Assembly: GCF_046119375.1 (NCBI RefSeq)
Contig: NW_027362768.1
Span: 119,350,001 to 119,414,000, forward strand
DNA length: 64,000 bases
DNA from: Phyllobates terribilis
Taxonomy: Eukaryota
Reading direction: 5' to 3'
Of this stretch, positions 50,101 to 62,000 are shown piece after piece. Both the position numbers and the translations under genes were made by a program. The notes beneath the pieces were generated by a model. It was not told the origin of the DNA, did not search any database, and saw only the letters and a program-made list of their open reading frames with translations. Position 1 is the first letter of the stretch, and each line of letters begins with the position of its first letter.

Positions 50101-51190
50101 CAAAGTACTGTGTGTGCTAGGTCAAAGGCTTCACATACTCCTACTGCGGGGTTGCTTTGCCCTCTGGAGGTTCCTAGTGCACCTTGGACGCATCTCACAA
50201 TGGATTTTATTACTGATCTTCCTGTGTCAGAGGGTTTTACTGTCATCTGGGTTGTTGTGGACCGTTTTAGTAAGATGTGTCATTTGGTTCCATTCATTAA
50301 GTTGCCCTGCACCAAGACACTCACTAAGGCGTTTGTTAAGGAGATTGTCAAGCTCCATGGCGTTCCCACGGATATTGTTTCTGATAGAGGACCTCAGTTT
50401 GTGGCTCGCTTTTGGCGTGCTTTTTGTGATAGGTTGGGAGTCCATTTGTCATTTTTGTCTGGGTATCATCCTGAGTCTAATGGACAGACTGAAAGAAAGA
50501 ACCAGGATGTTGAACAGTTTTTGCGTTGGTTTATGGCGGACAATCAAGAGGTATGGTGTGATTTTCTGCCTCTCGCAGAATTTGCTCTTAACAATCATAC
50601 ATCCTCCTCTGCTGGGTGTTCTCCCTTTTTTTGTTGTACTGGGAGACATCCGTCTTTTGGTTCGTTCTCCAAATTGGGGTAGGCGGTGCCGGAGGAGGAG
50701 AATTTTTCCAGTGATTTGGAGAGAGTTTGGACTAATGTACGAAGTATTTTGGCAGGAAACGTAAGGAGGTTTTGTTTACTGTGGGTGACATGGTTTGGTT
50801 GTCCTCAAAGAACCTACGGGTGAGTATTCCCTCTAAAAAACTGGGTCTTAAGTTTGTGGGTCCATTTAAAGTGCTTCAGGTTGTTAACACGTCTGCTGTT
50901 AGGTTGGATGTCCCTACTTCCTGGAAGATTAATCCTGTGTTTCATGTTTCCTTGTTGAAAAAGGCTGATGTATCAGATAGGGATGCCACTGTCTCAGTTC
51001 CTCCTATGGTGGAAGACGGCGAATATGAAATTTCTCGTATCTTGAATTCTAGATGGCATAGAGGGAGATTACAGTATCTTGTCTCCTGGAAGGGTTTCGG
51101 TCCCGAAGACAACTCCTGGTAAGGACGGAAGATGTCTCTGCTCCTAGGCTTGTTAAAGCTTACCACAAGAGGTTTCCAGATAGGCCTGGG
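47190..51190 (+). pseudogene. Gypsy gag-pol pseudogene with C-terminal chromodomain
   Basis: Gag (YCTHFRRWA, CLYCGKADH), PR (FVDCGS), RT (FSKIDLRGAY, VMPFGL.NAP, YLDEIL), RH (VDAS, ELLA, TDH), IN (MDFITDLP, SDRGPQF, GQTERKN), chromo ([23 protein letters not shown]); multiple frameshifts. Confidence 0.92.
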
Positions 51191-51229
51191 CCTGGAGGAT
51201 CCGGAGGATCCTCATAAAAGAGGGGGTAC

Positions 51230-51666
51230 TGTTAGAACCCTCCTGTTTGTTTTTTCTATCTTGTGTTTTGCGGTCACGTGACCATCTGCCTTTATATTCC
51301 AGCTCCGCCCTTTTGGCTGTCCTGGACTTCAGTGTTTTACTGTTTTTTCTAGCTAGGTGCTTCTGTGCCTTTCTCTGTCAGTTCGTTTGGTCCTTCTGGG
51401 ACCTCTAGTACTTTTTTGTCTGTTTGTCTTTTTGTGTTCTGCAACAACTTCTCTGTTTAAGAGGTGTCCCATTTTTTGTCCCAGTCTTTAGTTCTTTTAG
51501 GGACCCCTCCTCTTATGTTATAGGTTTTCGTTCAGACTAGCCGAGGACTAAGGCGGGTCTGTTTGCTAGGAACAGGCAGCCCGCTACATCGTAGGGATTC
51601 AGCTTAGTTTTACTGTAGGGACAGTTTTCCCTTATCTTTCCTTAGTTCATGTTGCAGATCATAACA
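51230..51666 (+). repeat. 3' LTR
   Basis: Direct repeat of 46706-47141, preceded by the PPT. Confidence 0.95.
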
Positions 51667-52818
51667 CCAGCACGGATCGGGCTGCGAAGTCCGGGTCCAG
51701 AAGTCGTGCAGGGTCACGGACGGCAGGGAGGACCGGCGCAGTGACGGGCGGAGGACGATCTGCGGGGGCATTGGCACGTGCTCAGGTCCCCCCTAGTGAC
51801 GAGGAGGCCAGGGGCGCGGGCCTTGAGCAGCAGCATGAGTCTGGAGGATCGGAATACGGAGAGGATCGGGGCGACGCAAGGAATCAACAGGACTCAGGAC
51901 GTACGGCTGGCGGGGCACAGCACCTGCGCAGCTCAGTGAGTATGCGTCTATGTATGGTTGTCGCCCGCGGGGTCATTAGCGGATGGGGCAGGGGATAGGC
52001 AGTTGGCAGGGCCCAGCGGGGTAAATGTTGTGGGGAGGCGTGGGTCGGATGTTGTGGGGCTCAGGGATATTTTGGCGAGCATGTCACAATTTCTGGCAAG
52101 AATAGACGGGGGTGGAGCCAGCCAGGCAGGGTTATCTCCGGTGGCGGCTTGGTTACCTAGTCAACCTGTAGTGTTGCAGGTGGGGAGTGAATCGGCATGG
52201 TCGGCGGTGGGTGCAGAGGGGGAAACTTCGGGCGTATCGGTGTCCGTGCAGACAGAAAAGGATAAAGCGGATGCCGTAAAACTGGATGATAGGGCTAAAG
52301 GGGAGGTATATGTGTGCTTTGAGGGGCCCTTGGGGGCATACTTGAAGAAACAGGTTAAAGAAAAAATCTGGCGGGATGAATATATTGAAATTTTTTCCCT
52401 TCTTCCATTGGAAAAGTTTAATCTGGATAAGGGAAAAAAGGATGACAGTAGAAAAGAGGAGGAAGAGAAGCGCAGGTGGAAGTTGATTCCTCAGACATTT
52501 GTCAATTGGTTGCAAGCTTTTGCAATAATGGCTAGCGTCATTGGAGAAAAAGCACCGGATAATTGCTCGGTTTATTTTGCTACCTAGATGCTATTGGGGA
52601 GGCTCATCGTACTTATGGGGGCCAGGCATGGTTACGATATGACGAGCAATTTCGGCAGAGGAAGGACATAGGGTTGTGGCTGAAGGTTATGGCTCCGGTG
52701 AGGTATGGGCAGTCCTTTCATGGGAGCGGCAATAGTGGGAACCAATCAGCAGGACACGGGGGAAGTAGCCAAGGGGCACAAAGCTATAGGAAGGAAACGG
52801 TAACTTGTTGGCAATTTA

Positions 52819-54545
52819 ATGACGGCCAATGTAAGTACGGGAACTCCTGCAAATTTAAACATGTGTGCTCCCATTGTAACGGAAGTTCACACGGAGCATC
52901 TAAATGCTTTAAGAAGGGTAAGGGAAAGCTGCCATTGGGTACCGGTCAAGGGGGTGACTCCGGTGAGGCTTCACGAGATGGCCCCCTTTCTAAGTAGGTA
53001 TCCCGATCAGTTGAAGGCTAAGGTAATTTCAGATATTTTTTTGGAGGGTTTTAGAATTCCTTCTCCTGGTCACGAGGTCCCCTTTTCTGTTAAGAATTTT
53101 ATGTCGGCTTCCCGTCATCCGGAGGTGGTTAGTGTGAAGTTGACAAAAGAGGTTGAATTGGGTAGAATGGCTGGACCGTTTCAGGCACTACCTGGTCGTA
53201 AGGTGATTATTTCGCCGTTGGGGGTTGTGCCCAAGAAAGAGCTGAATAAGTTTCGTTTGATTCAGCATTTGTCGTACCCTAAGGGGCTTTCCGTGAATGA
53301 TGGCATTGCGCAAGAATTGTGTTCAGTTGAGTATACATCATTCGATGCGGCGGTGCAATGGGTACGGAGATGTGGGCCAGGATCATTGCTAGCTAAGACC
53401 GATATCGAGTCGACTTTTTGGATGCTGCCAGTTCACCCGGATAGCATGCCATTGTTAGGTTGTTTTTGGAAAGGGAAATACTATGTGGATAGGTGTTTGC
53501 CAATGGGTTGCGCAATTTCGTGTTCCTTGTTTGAAACGTTTAGTACCTTTTTGGAATGGGTGGTGAGGGACTTGGCATCAGTTCAGTCGGTCATTCATTA
53601 TTTGGATGACTTTTTGTTTATAGGTCCTCCGCAATCGTTGTTGTGTAGGAATTTGTTAGGTACTATGATGTGGGTAGCGGAGAATTTTGGCCTACCATTG
53701 GTGGAAGAAAAAACAGAAGGACCATTTTAAGTTTTTTAGGCATATTAATTGATTTAGAGAGGATGGAGTGTCGGTTGCCTGATGATAAATTGAGTTTGCT
53801 CAAGCAAGAGGTTGATAGAGTCAGGAGGTTGCATAAGGTGACACTGAAGGAGTTACAATCACTGTTAGGTCGTTTGAATTTTGCATGCAGGATCATGCCA
53901 ATGGGCAGAATATTTTGTCGCAGGTTGTCAGGGGCGACAGCAGGAGTGCGTGCGCTGCATCATTTCATTCGTTTAAATAAGGACCACAAGGAGGATTTGA
54001 AGGTTTGGAAGTTGTTTTTGGATAATTATAACGGCAGGTCGTTAATTCAGCACGAGTTTTTGAGCAGTTTTGATTGTGAGAATTTTACAGATGCTGTGGG
54101 AGGTGCTGGTTATGGGGCCTACTGGAAGGGGCGTTGGAGTGCTGGAGTATGGCCGAGTCTGTGGAAGGAGAGGGGTCTTACGAGGAACCTGGCATTTTTG
54201 GAATTGTTTCCTATCGTAGTTGCGGGTTCAATTTGGGGGGAGTGTTCTGCGAACAGGAGAATATGGTTTCATTGCGATAATATGGGAGTGGTGTCTGTAA
54301 TTAGCAGCTTATCGGCTTCATCTCCGCCTGTGATTAGGCTGGTGAGGGAACTAGTTCTCTGTTGTCTTAATTTGAATGCTTGGATTATGGCAGTCCATGT
54401 TCCAGGCGTGCAAAATTCCATCGCAGATGCCTTGTCACGTTTCCAGTGGGATCATTTCCGAGCGCTAGCACCAGAGGCAGAGGACGTGGGACAGGAATGC
54501 CCTTTGCATCTGTGGCAGCTGGTTATGGAGGAGCAGGACGGTTAA
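52819..54545 (+). pseudogene. Ngaro reverse transcriptase + RNase H (one frameshift near 53730)
   Basis: LGVVPKK..FRLIQHLS, KTDIES.F, LPMGC..S, YLDDFLF; TDA..GYGA, LELFPI, HCDNMGVV, HVPG..NSIADALSR. Confidence 0.9.
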
Positions 54546-55409
54546 TATGGGAGTCCATTACAAAGCAGACCTGGTCATCATACGAGGCATCGTGGCGAGT
54601 ATGGCAAAGTTGGTTACTGCAGTGGGGTTTGGTGGAGAATGACGGCGATAGAGAGATGGCGGTGTTGTTTCTTGTGGGAAGAGCAGCGGAGATTCGGTGG
54701 TCTGTTTCAAAAGTGGGCAAATTCGTTGCAGGTCTAGCGTTTGGTTTTAAATTGCAAGGGAAAAAAGATGTTACGAAGTCCTTTTTAGTGAAGCAAGCAC
54801 TTAGGGGCTTTAGGAGAGGGGGTAAGGTTTTAGATAAAAGAAGACCGGTGTCTTTTAGCATCTTGGAAAGGTTGGGTTTAGTGTTGGATAAGATATGTTG
54901 TTCTGTTTTTGAAGCTACACTGTTTAGGTTGGCTTTTTCATTGGCGTTTTTTTGGTGCACTGAGATTAGGCGAGTTGGTGGCACCGAGCAGGAATAGGGT
55001 TGGCGGCTTGTTTGCAGAGGATGTTAGCTGATGGGCTAGGGGCATTGAATTTTGTATCAGGTGTGGGAAGACAGATCAATTGGGCAGAGGCAAGTGGGTA
55101 GTATTGGGTGAGGTAAATGGAGCTTTCATGTGCCCAAGGAAATGTTTAATGGCGTACTGACAGGTTTGGTTTGGGCGGACGGGCCCCTTATTATGCCATG
55201 AAAATGGGGAGTTTTTGTCACGTTTTCAATTCATAGCAGTATTGAAGAAAGGAGTTCGGGAGTTGGGCCTTCGCCCGGAGGTGTACGGCTCACATTCTTT
55301 GAGAATTGGCGCGGCATCAGAAGCGGATGGTTTGGGTTTGGGCAAGGATGTGATACAACGCATCGGGAGGTGGAATTCTGATCGTTATTTGTCCTATGTA
55401 CGGCATTAG
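54520..55409 (+). pseudogene. Ngaro tyrosine recombinase, disabled
   Basis: LAFSLAFF..(LR) region and HSLRIGAAS..IQRIGRWNSDRYLSYVR (catalytic H-x-x-R and Y). Confidence 0.88.
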
Positions 55410-55469
55410 GTATTGGGCTTATGTTTTTATCTTGATAAGTGTTAAATTCCTTTTGGTTGTGTGCTGCAG

Positions 55470-56066
55470 GTGGCGTACCGTTGTTAGCATGGATTTTGGG
55501 ACACTCTTTCGTCCACTGGGGGGCGCTGCTGGCGGACGTGAGGCCAGACAGTAGGCAATTGGGTTTTTTGGAGGGAGCAAGTGGTGGTTCGGTGGCTCGG
55601 CTTTAGAGGGATGGTGTGGAGAAGAGTGCTTCCTGGATTTAATAAGGCAGCCCGTTTGGACCGTACGCCGGATATTTTGGTGGTACATGCGGGTGGGAAT
55701 GATTTTGGGGCCCGTCCCAGTTAGGGAATTGATTAGGGACATTCGTTTTGATTTTTTAGGGTTGTGGACATCCTTTCCTGAGGTGTTGATAGTTTGGTCT
55801 GACATTGTGCCAAGGAAAAAATGGAGGCAGGTTAGATCTTTGAAGGAGATTAATAGGGCACGAGTGAAGTTGAACAGAGCCATATCAGCTTTTGTGTCCA
55901 GGAATGGGGGAGTGAGCGTTCGACATTTGAACTCGAGGCGGGGGTTGGAAATTTTTGGGCAAAGGATGGCGTGCACTTGAATGACATTGGCATCGATTTG
56001 TGGGCATTGGCTATACAGGAGGGGATTGAGAGGGCTTTGGCAGTGTTGGGGCACTCACGAGCCTGA
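55470..56066 (+). pseudogene. SGNH/GDSL-like hydrolase ORF of the Ngaro element, frameshifted
   Basis: WILGHSFVHW (block I), VVHAGGND (block III), VWSDIVPR, DGVHLN (block V). Confidence 0.8.
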
Positions 56067-56534
56067 GGTGGTCAGGGCTGTTTGTTTGTGGCGGGGGGTG
56101 GGGTTCTTGGAGTCTTGGAGTTGGCACAGAAGTGTCAGTGGAAGAATTTGGTAAAAATTACAGGCAGTTTGTTAATTGGAGCGGGGTGATCTGTTATTTG
56201 GTTTTGGGCTCTGGACGGGGTTTTACCCTTGGAGCTTTTGGTGCCCTTGAGCTGGTGATGGACGGCTGAGGGTAACTTGGCGGTTCAAGTTTTAGTTTCA
56301 TTTATGCCAGATCTAATTTTTAACTCCAAGAAACCTCCCTTCTTATTTATATAACACTGTTAATATGTTAATGTTGTTTGTTAATAAAATGGCCGATGTG
56401 GCCAAATTTATCCAAAAGAAATACAGGTGCAGTGTTTTTATTTGGTGGGAAAAAGTGAGTGCTGGAAGATGGGAGGGGCATTGTAAAGGGTGGAACCCGG
56501 GTTGGCCGTACATGGTCAAGATGCATTTGAGGCA

Positions 56535-56750
56535 GTTCGGGAAATACCGGCTCTCATTAAAGAGACCCAACTCAGAATGGAGACAAATTGGAAAGTCGAA
56601 TCTCCATGGGATAAAATTAGCAAAGTAGCTCACAGTCTCTGGTTTGTCTGACATGAGTTATTTTACATATTTTTTCCAATGGAGAATTGCCTTGAAAATA
56701 AGTCTCCATACTGAGTCAAGTCTTTTTAATGGGAGCCAGTATCATGAGCT
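56535..56750. mobile_element. Small inverted-repeat element remnant
   Basis: ATACCGGCTCTCATTAAAGAGACC..CTCAGAATGGAGAC mirrored by GTCTCCATACTGAG..GTCTTTTTAATGGGAGCCAGTAT; related fragment near 45495-45570. Confidence 0.55.
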
Positions 56751-57699
56751 GTATCTACAGAATCTTATAAAACTGAGCCAATCAGAAATCCGCTGTGTAC
56801 CAATAAGGGGCAAAACCCTAAAAACAGTGTTGCCTACTGATATGTCTCTCTCTAGTTTGACTACTTTGCATATTATGGGTGTTTTGTAAGTCCTATAAAT
56901 AAAGACTGAGGAAAGTCCCAGAAATAATTACCTATCTAGAGCATGGGGGGGGTTTCTCTTTAGAAAAAAGGAATGCACGGACCCCATCAAAACATCACAA
57001 ATCAAAATGAATTCTATGTTGTTCAGCTCATAGTGCACTAAGGAGTTCCCACTGGCTGCAGCACTTTTGGCGAAGAAGAATTGGTGCATGTTAAAGCAGC
57101 CATATATAGCCATAGTACGGATAGACAATAATAAATGTGCATTTTAGTCCTGGCATACCTTGTCTTTTTTACTATACAGGATATTTTAATTTATTTGTTA
57201 GTAGACAGAAAATTCACAGTGAAGTGGTCTCTATGAAATAATAAAAAATGGTGTCCTCATGTCAATTGTAATAAGGATAGTAAAGATTAAATTATTATTA
57301 TTAAATCCCGATGTAAACCCTATAAAAAAGAAAGCAAATAGAAACACCAGAATTACCATATTTTGGTAGCTGCACCTTGATCAGAACTGCAATACAAATC
57401 GATCAGGACATCATATGTAAACCAAAATGGAACCAATAAAAACTTCAGCTGGCCATGCCAAAAACAAGCCCAGAAATAGCTCAATGGCTGAAAACATTAA
57501 AAAGAGTTACAGCTCTCAGAAAACGGTGACGCAAGTCTACATTTTTTTAAGCCACTTAACTAATTAAAAAAGCTATATCAGTTTGGTGTCAACATAATCA
57601 TGATGACCTGTAAAATTATGTTACCACACAATGAAAATCAAGACGGAATGGTAGAATTTTAATTTTTTTCACCATTTCACATTGGAATAGGGGTATTTC

Positions 57700-58330
57700 T
57701 TGAGTAGAAGGTACCACATTTGGGGCACAGTATGCATGGAAAAAAAGTGTTTGAGGGGCACATCATAGAGAAATGGCAGTGCATGTGGTACAGTATAAGG
57801 GCACAGTGTGGAGATGGGGCAGCCTGATGGAGTACAGTAAGATAGGGGGCAGAGTGGGGGCACAATATGAAAAGGGGCAATGTGGGCGTGCAGTGTGAAG
57901 GCACTGAGTGGAGTGTTCAGCATGGGGGGCCATTGATCATAAGGACATTGTGGGGCTAATAGCATTGGGGCAGTGTGAAGATAAGGACAGTTTGACTAGA
58001 CAATGTGGAAATCACGGGGTGCAGTGTGGAGATAGGGACAGTGAGAAGGGAAACAGTGCAGAGGGGACAGCTTAAAGTAGGAATGACAGAGTGGAGGCTA
58101 TAGTCCTCAAGGAAGGATGGTATGGAGGACATAGTTTATAATTGAGGACGGTGTGGTAAGTAAAGTTCATAAAGGGACAGAGTGGAGGTTATAGTTCATA
58201 TATGAGGATGGTGTGATGGATTTAGTTCATGTGGAGGGATGGTGTAGTGGTTGTAGTTCATAAGGGGACAGAGTATGAAGGCAATGTACCATAAGAAGGA
58301 CGGTGTAGGGGACATATTTTGTGCAGGGAG
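57700..58330. repeat. Degenerate purine-rich minisatellite
   Basis: Recurrent (G)ACAG(T/A)GTGGAG / GGATGGTGT / ATAGTTCATA motifs. Confidence 0.6.
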
Positions 58331-58815
58331 AAAAGTGAGAGACAAATATTTATTAATTGGCACAGCATTGGCAGATATTTCTAGTTATTGGCATTATAAT
58401 GACATTATTATTTTTAAGGGCACTGTGCTGGGATGTGCTACAAAAGGGCAGAGAAGAGGGAAGTCTGCAGAGATGAACTGTGGATATGAAACGTCATCAT
58501 GGTTTCTGGATCAGATGGAGACAAAAGGGATGAGGACAACTCCAACCAGAGGAGCTGTGACTTATAAATTAGCTGGGTATAAGTATTTAGATAAAATAAG
58601 TAGCACAAATAATCATAAACCACAGTTCCCACCTTCATCTAGGTTATTTTTGATGGGGCCAAAACTATTTTTTTGTCGTTTCTTACTGTTTAAGTAGTTG
58701 AAGAATATTGAAATCATGCACTGTTGGTAGTTTTGGTACTGTATTCATGTATTAATGCTTCTGGTACTGTATGCATGTACTGATGGTATTTCTGGCACTG
58801 TATTCATGTACTAAT

Positions 58816-59021
58816 TAGTGTTGAGCCACCCCCGTAGTGTTCGGGTTCGGTTCGGTTCGTCGAACACCGGGATGTTCGAGGAACTGTTCGTCGAACTGTT
58901 AGTCGAACACCTTAGAACACCGTCGAACACCGTTAAAACCAATGGCAGGCAAACAAAAACACATAGAAACACATAGAAAACACCTTCAAAGGTGTCCAAA
59001 AGCTGACAAACTGCTCAGAAG
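58816..59021. mobile_element. hAT terminal fragment nearly identical to 9402-9597
   Basis: TAGTGTTGAGCCACCCCCGTAGTGTTCG..AAAACCAATGGCAGGCAAAC..CTGCTCAGAAGAC shared. Confidence 0.9.
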
Positions 59022-59026
59022 ACTCT

Positions 59027-62000
59027 CTCTTTAAAAAATCTGGCCGGCAATTCAGCAGCGGCATACACCGGTACCCGACAATTTAGACAAGAAGGAATAG
59101 AGCATCACACATAGATTAGATAGATAGAAACATGTCAGTCACATATATAACAAGTACAGTGACAGTGTTGGTTACTGTACTTGTCATTTAGTGTAAAGGA
59201 TTTATTAAAAAAAATATTTGTGTTTTCATGCACCGTCTCTTTAAAAAAGCCGGCCGGCAATTCAGCAGCGGTACCCGACAATTTATAACAGAAAGAATAG
59301 AGCAGCACACATAGATTAGATAGATAGAAACATGTCAGTCACATATATAAGAAGTACAGTGACAGAGTTGGTTACTGTACTTGTCATTTAGTGTAAAGGA
59401 TTTATTTAAAAAAATAATAGTGTTTTCATGCACCGTCTCTTTAAAAAAGCCGGCCGACAATTCAGCAGCGGTACCCGACAATTTAGAACAGAAAGATAGA
59501 GCATCACACATAGATTAGATAGAATAGAAACATGTCAGTCACATATATAAGAAGTACAGTGACAGTGTTGGTTACTGTACTTGTCATTTAGTGTTAAAAT
59601 AAAGGATTTATTAAAAAAAAAATTGGCGTGGGGTTCCCCGTAATTTTAGTCTCTAGCAGAGGTTAAGAAGACGGCTGGGGCAGATGTTTGAAGCCTGGGA
59701 AGGGGGTAATACCCATGGAGCTTCCCAGGCTACTAATATCAGCCCCCAGCTGAATACCTAGCCTTTACTAGCTATTAAAATGGGGGACCCCCCCAAAAAA
59801 TGACGTGGGGTCCCCCCTATTTTAATAGCTAGCAAAGGCTAGGCAGACAGCTGGGGGCTCATATTAAAAGCCCAGGAAGGGTGCCATGAATATTGGCCCC
59901 CTCCCAGGCTAGAAACACCAGCCGTCAGCCGCCCCAGAAATGGCGCATCCATAGGATGCGCCAATTCTGCCATTTAGCCTCGCTCTTCCCACTGACCTGT
60001 AGCGGTGGCAGTGGGGTAATAGGGCTGGGGTTGATGTCAGCTTATAATGCCAGCTGACATCAAGCCCAGGTTAGTAATGGAGAGGCGTCTATAAGACACC
60101 CCCATTACTAACCCCATAGTCAAAGTTAAAAAAAAAACACAAACACCCAGAATAAAATCCTTTAATTGAAATAAACACACATTCCTTTAATGTTCTAAAT
60201 TAAACCATACTTACCATCACGCCCATTCCAGCTGAAGCCAACGATCTCCTGCAATAAAAGAAAAATAATAAAGCAACATCATCCTTACCTTTCCATGGTT
60301 CCCAGGACAGCTTCAGCTCTGCTACATCGAGATGATAGGAGGCTGGACCGCAGCAGAAAGCTGCCATCCAGCCTGTCATCCCGCAGACACTGAGAAGCGC
60401 AGACATGCTTGCGCTCCTCAGTGTCAGGCTGTGACGGCATCCAGATGAGCCGAGGTCATGTCCAATGAACTCAGCTCACCTCATGCATGTCACTGACAGC
60501 GTGGGAAAATTCTCCTGCACTCATCGCTTCAGCGTGAGAATTTTCCCACGCTGTCAGTGACGTGCATGAGGTGAGCTCATGTCCAATGAACTCAGCTCAC
60601 CTCATGTACGTCACTGACAGCGTGGGAGAATTCTCACGCTGAAGCGCTGAGTGCAGGAGAATTTTCCCACGCTGTCAGTGACGTGCATGAGGTGAGCTCA
60701 TGTCCAATGAACTCAGCTCACCTCATGTACGTCACTGACAGCGTGGGAGAATTCTCACGCTGAAGCGCTGAGTGCAGGAGAATTTTCCCACGCTTTCAGT
60801 GACGTGCATGAAGTGAGCTGAGTTCATTGGACATGAACTCGGCTCATCTGGATGCCGTCACAGCCTGACACTGAGGAGCACAAGCATGCCTGCTCTTCTC
60901 AGTGTCTGCGGCATGGCAAGCTGGATGGCAGCTTTCGGCTGCGATCCAGCCTGTCATGTGAATGTAGCAGAGCTGAAGCTGTCGTGGGAACCATGGAAAG
61001 GTAAGGATGATGTTGCTTTATTATTTAACTTTTATTGCAGGAGATCGTTGGCTTCAGCTGGAATAGGCGTGATGGTAAGTATAGTTTAATTTAGAACAAT
61101 AAAGAATTGTGTGTTTATTTCAATTAAAGGACTTTATTCTGGGTGTTGTGTTTTTTTTTTAATTCTTTACTAGAAATTCATGGCGGTCATGTCTAATATT
61201 GGCGTGACCCCATGAATTTCGGGCTTAGGGCCAGCTGATAATACCAAGCTGGCCCTAACCCCTTTATAACCCAGTAAGCCACCGCACCAGGGCCCTGGAT
61301 GAGTTGAGTACAGCGCCAGAAGATGGCGCTTCTATGAACGCGCCATTTTCCGGGGTGGCTGCGGACTGCAATTTGCAGCGGGGGGGGGGCCCAGAAAGCT
61401 TGGGACTCCCTGCGCTGCAGATTCCAGCCCCCAGCTGCCTAGTTGTACCTGGCTGGACACAAAAATAGGGCGAAGTCCCACGTATTTCTTTTTTAATTAT
61501 TTCATGAAATTCATGAAATAATTAAGAAAAAAAGGCCTTCCTTATATTGTTGTGTCCGGCCAGGTACAAATAGGCAGCTGGTGGTTGGGGGCTGCCCGTT
61601 CCTGCCTGCTGTACCTGGCTGGACACAAATATAGCGCGAAGCCCCACGTCAATTTTTTTAAATTATTTCAGGAAATTCATGAAATAATTAAAATAAAATT
61701 GACGTGGGGCTTCGCACTATATTTGTGTCCAGCCAGGTACAGCAGGCAGGAACGGGCTGCCCCCAACCACCAGCTGCCTATTTGTACCTGGCCGGACCCA
61801 ACAATATAGGGAAGCCCTTTTTTTCTTAATTATTTCATGAATTTCATGAAATAATTAAAAAAAAAAATACGTGGGGCTTCGCCCTATTTTTGTGTCCAGC
61901 CAGGTACAACTAGGCAGCTGGGGGCTGGAATCCGCAGCGCAGGGAGGCCCAAGCTTTCTGGGCCCCCCCCCCCGCTGCAAATTGCAGTCCGCAGCCACCC

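Larger units (their letters stand above)
46706..51666 (+). mobile_element. Full-length Ty3/Gypsy chromovirus (sushi-like), decayed
   Basis: LTRs 46706-47141 and 51230-51666 (TG..CA); 5-bp TSD CCACC/CCAGC; PPT AAAAGAGGGGG at 51216-51226; gag, PR, RT, RH, IN and chromodomain remnants. Confidence 0.95.
45923..52997 (+). pseudogene. Ngaro ORF1 (gag-like), split by the Gypsy insertion and frameshifted
   Basis: Removing 46706-51666 and one 5-bp TSD rejoins the frame from 45923 to 51998; C-terminus AWLRYDEQFR..CWQFNDGQCKYGNSCKFKHVCSHC..H..C. Confidence 0.8.
45770..56500 (+). mobile_element. Ngaro-type (DIRS order) tyrosine-recombinase retrotransposon interrupted by a Gypsy element; termini approximate
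   Basis: Order ORF1 (Cys/His finger) - RT - RNase H - tyrosine recombinase - SGNH hydrolase; no DDE integrase. Confidence 0.85.
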
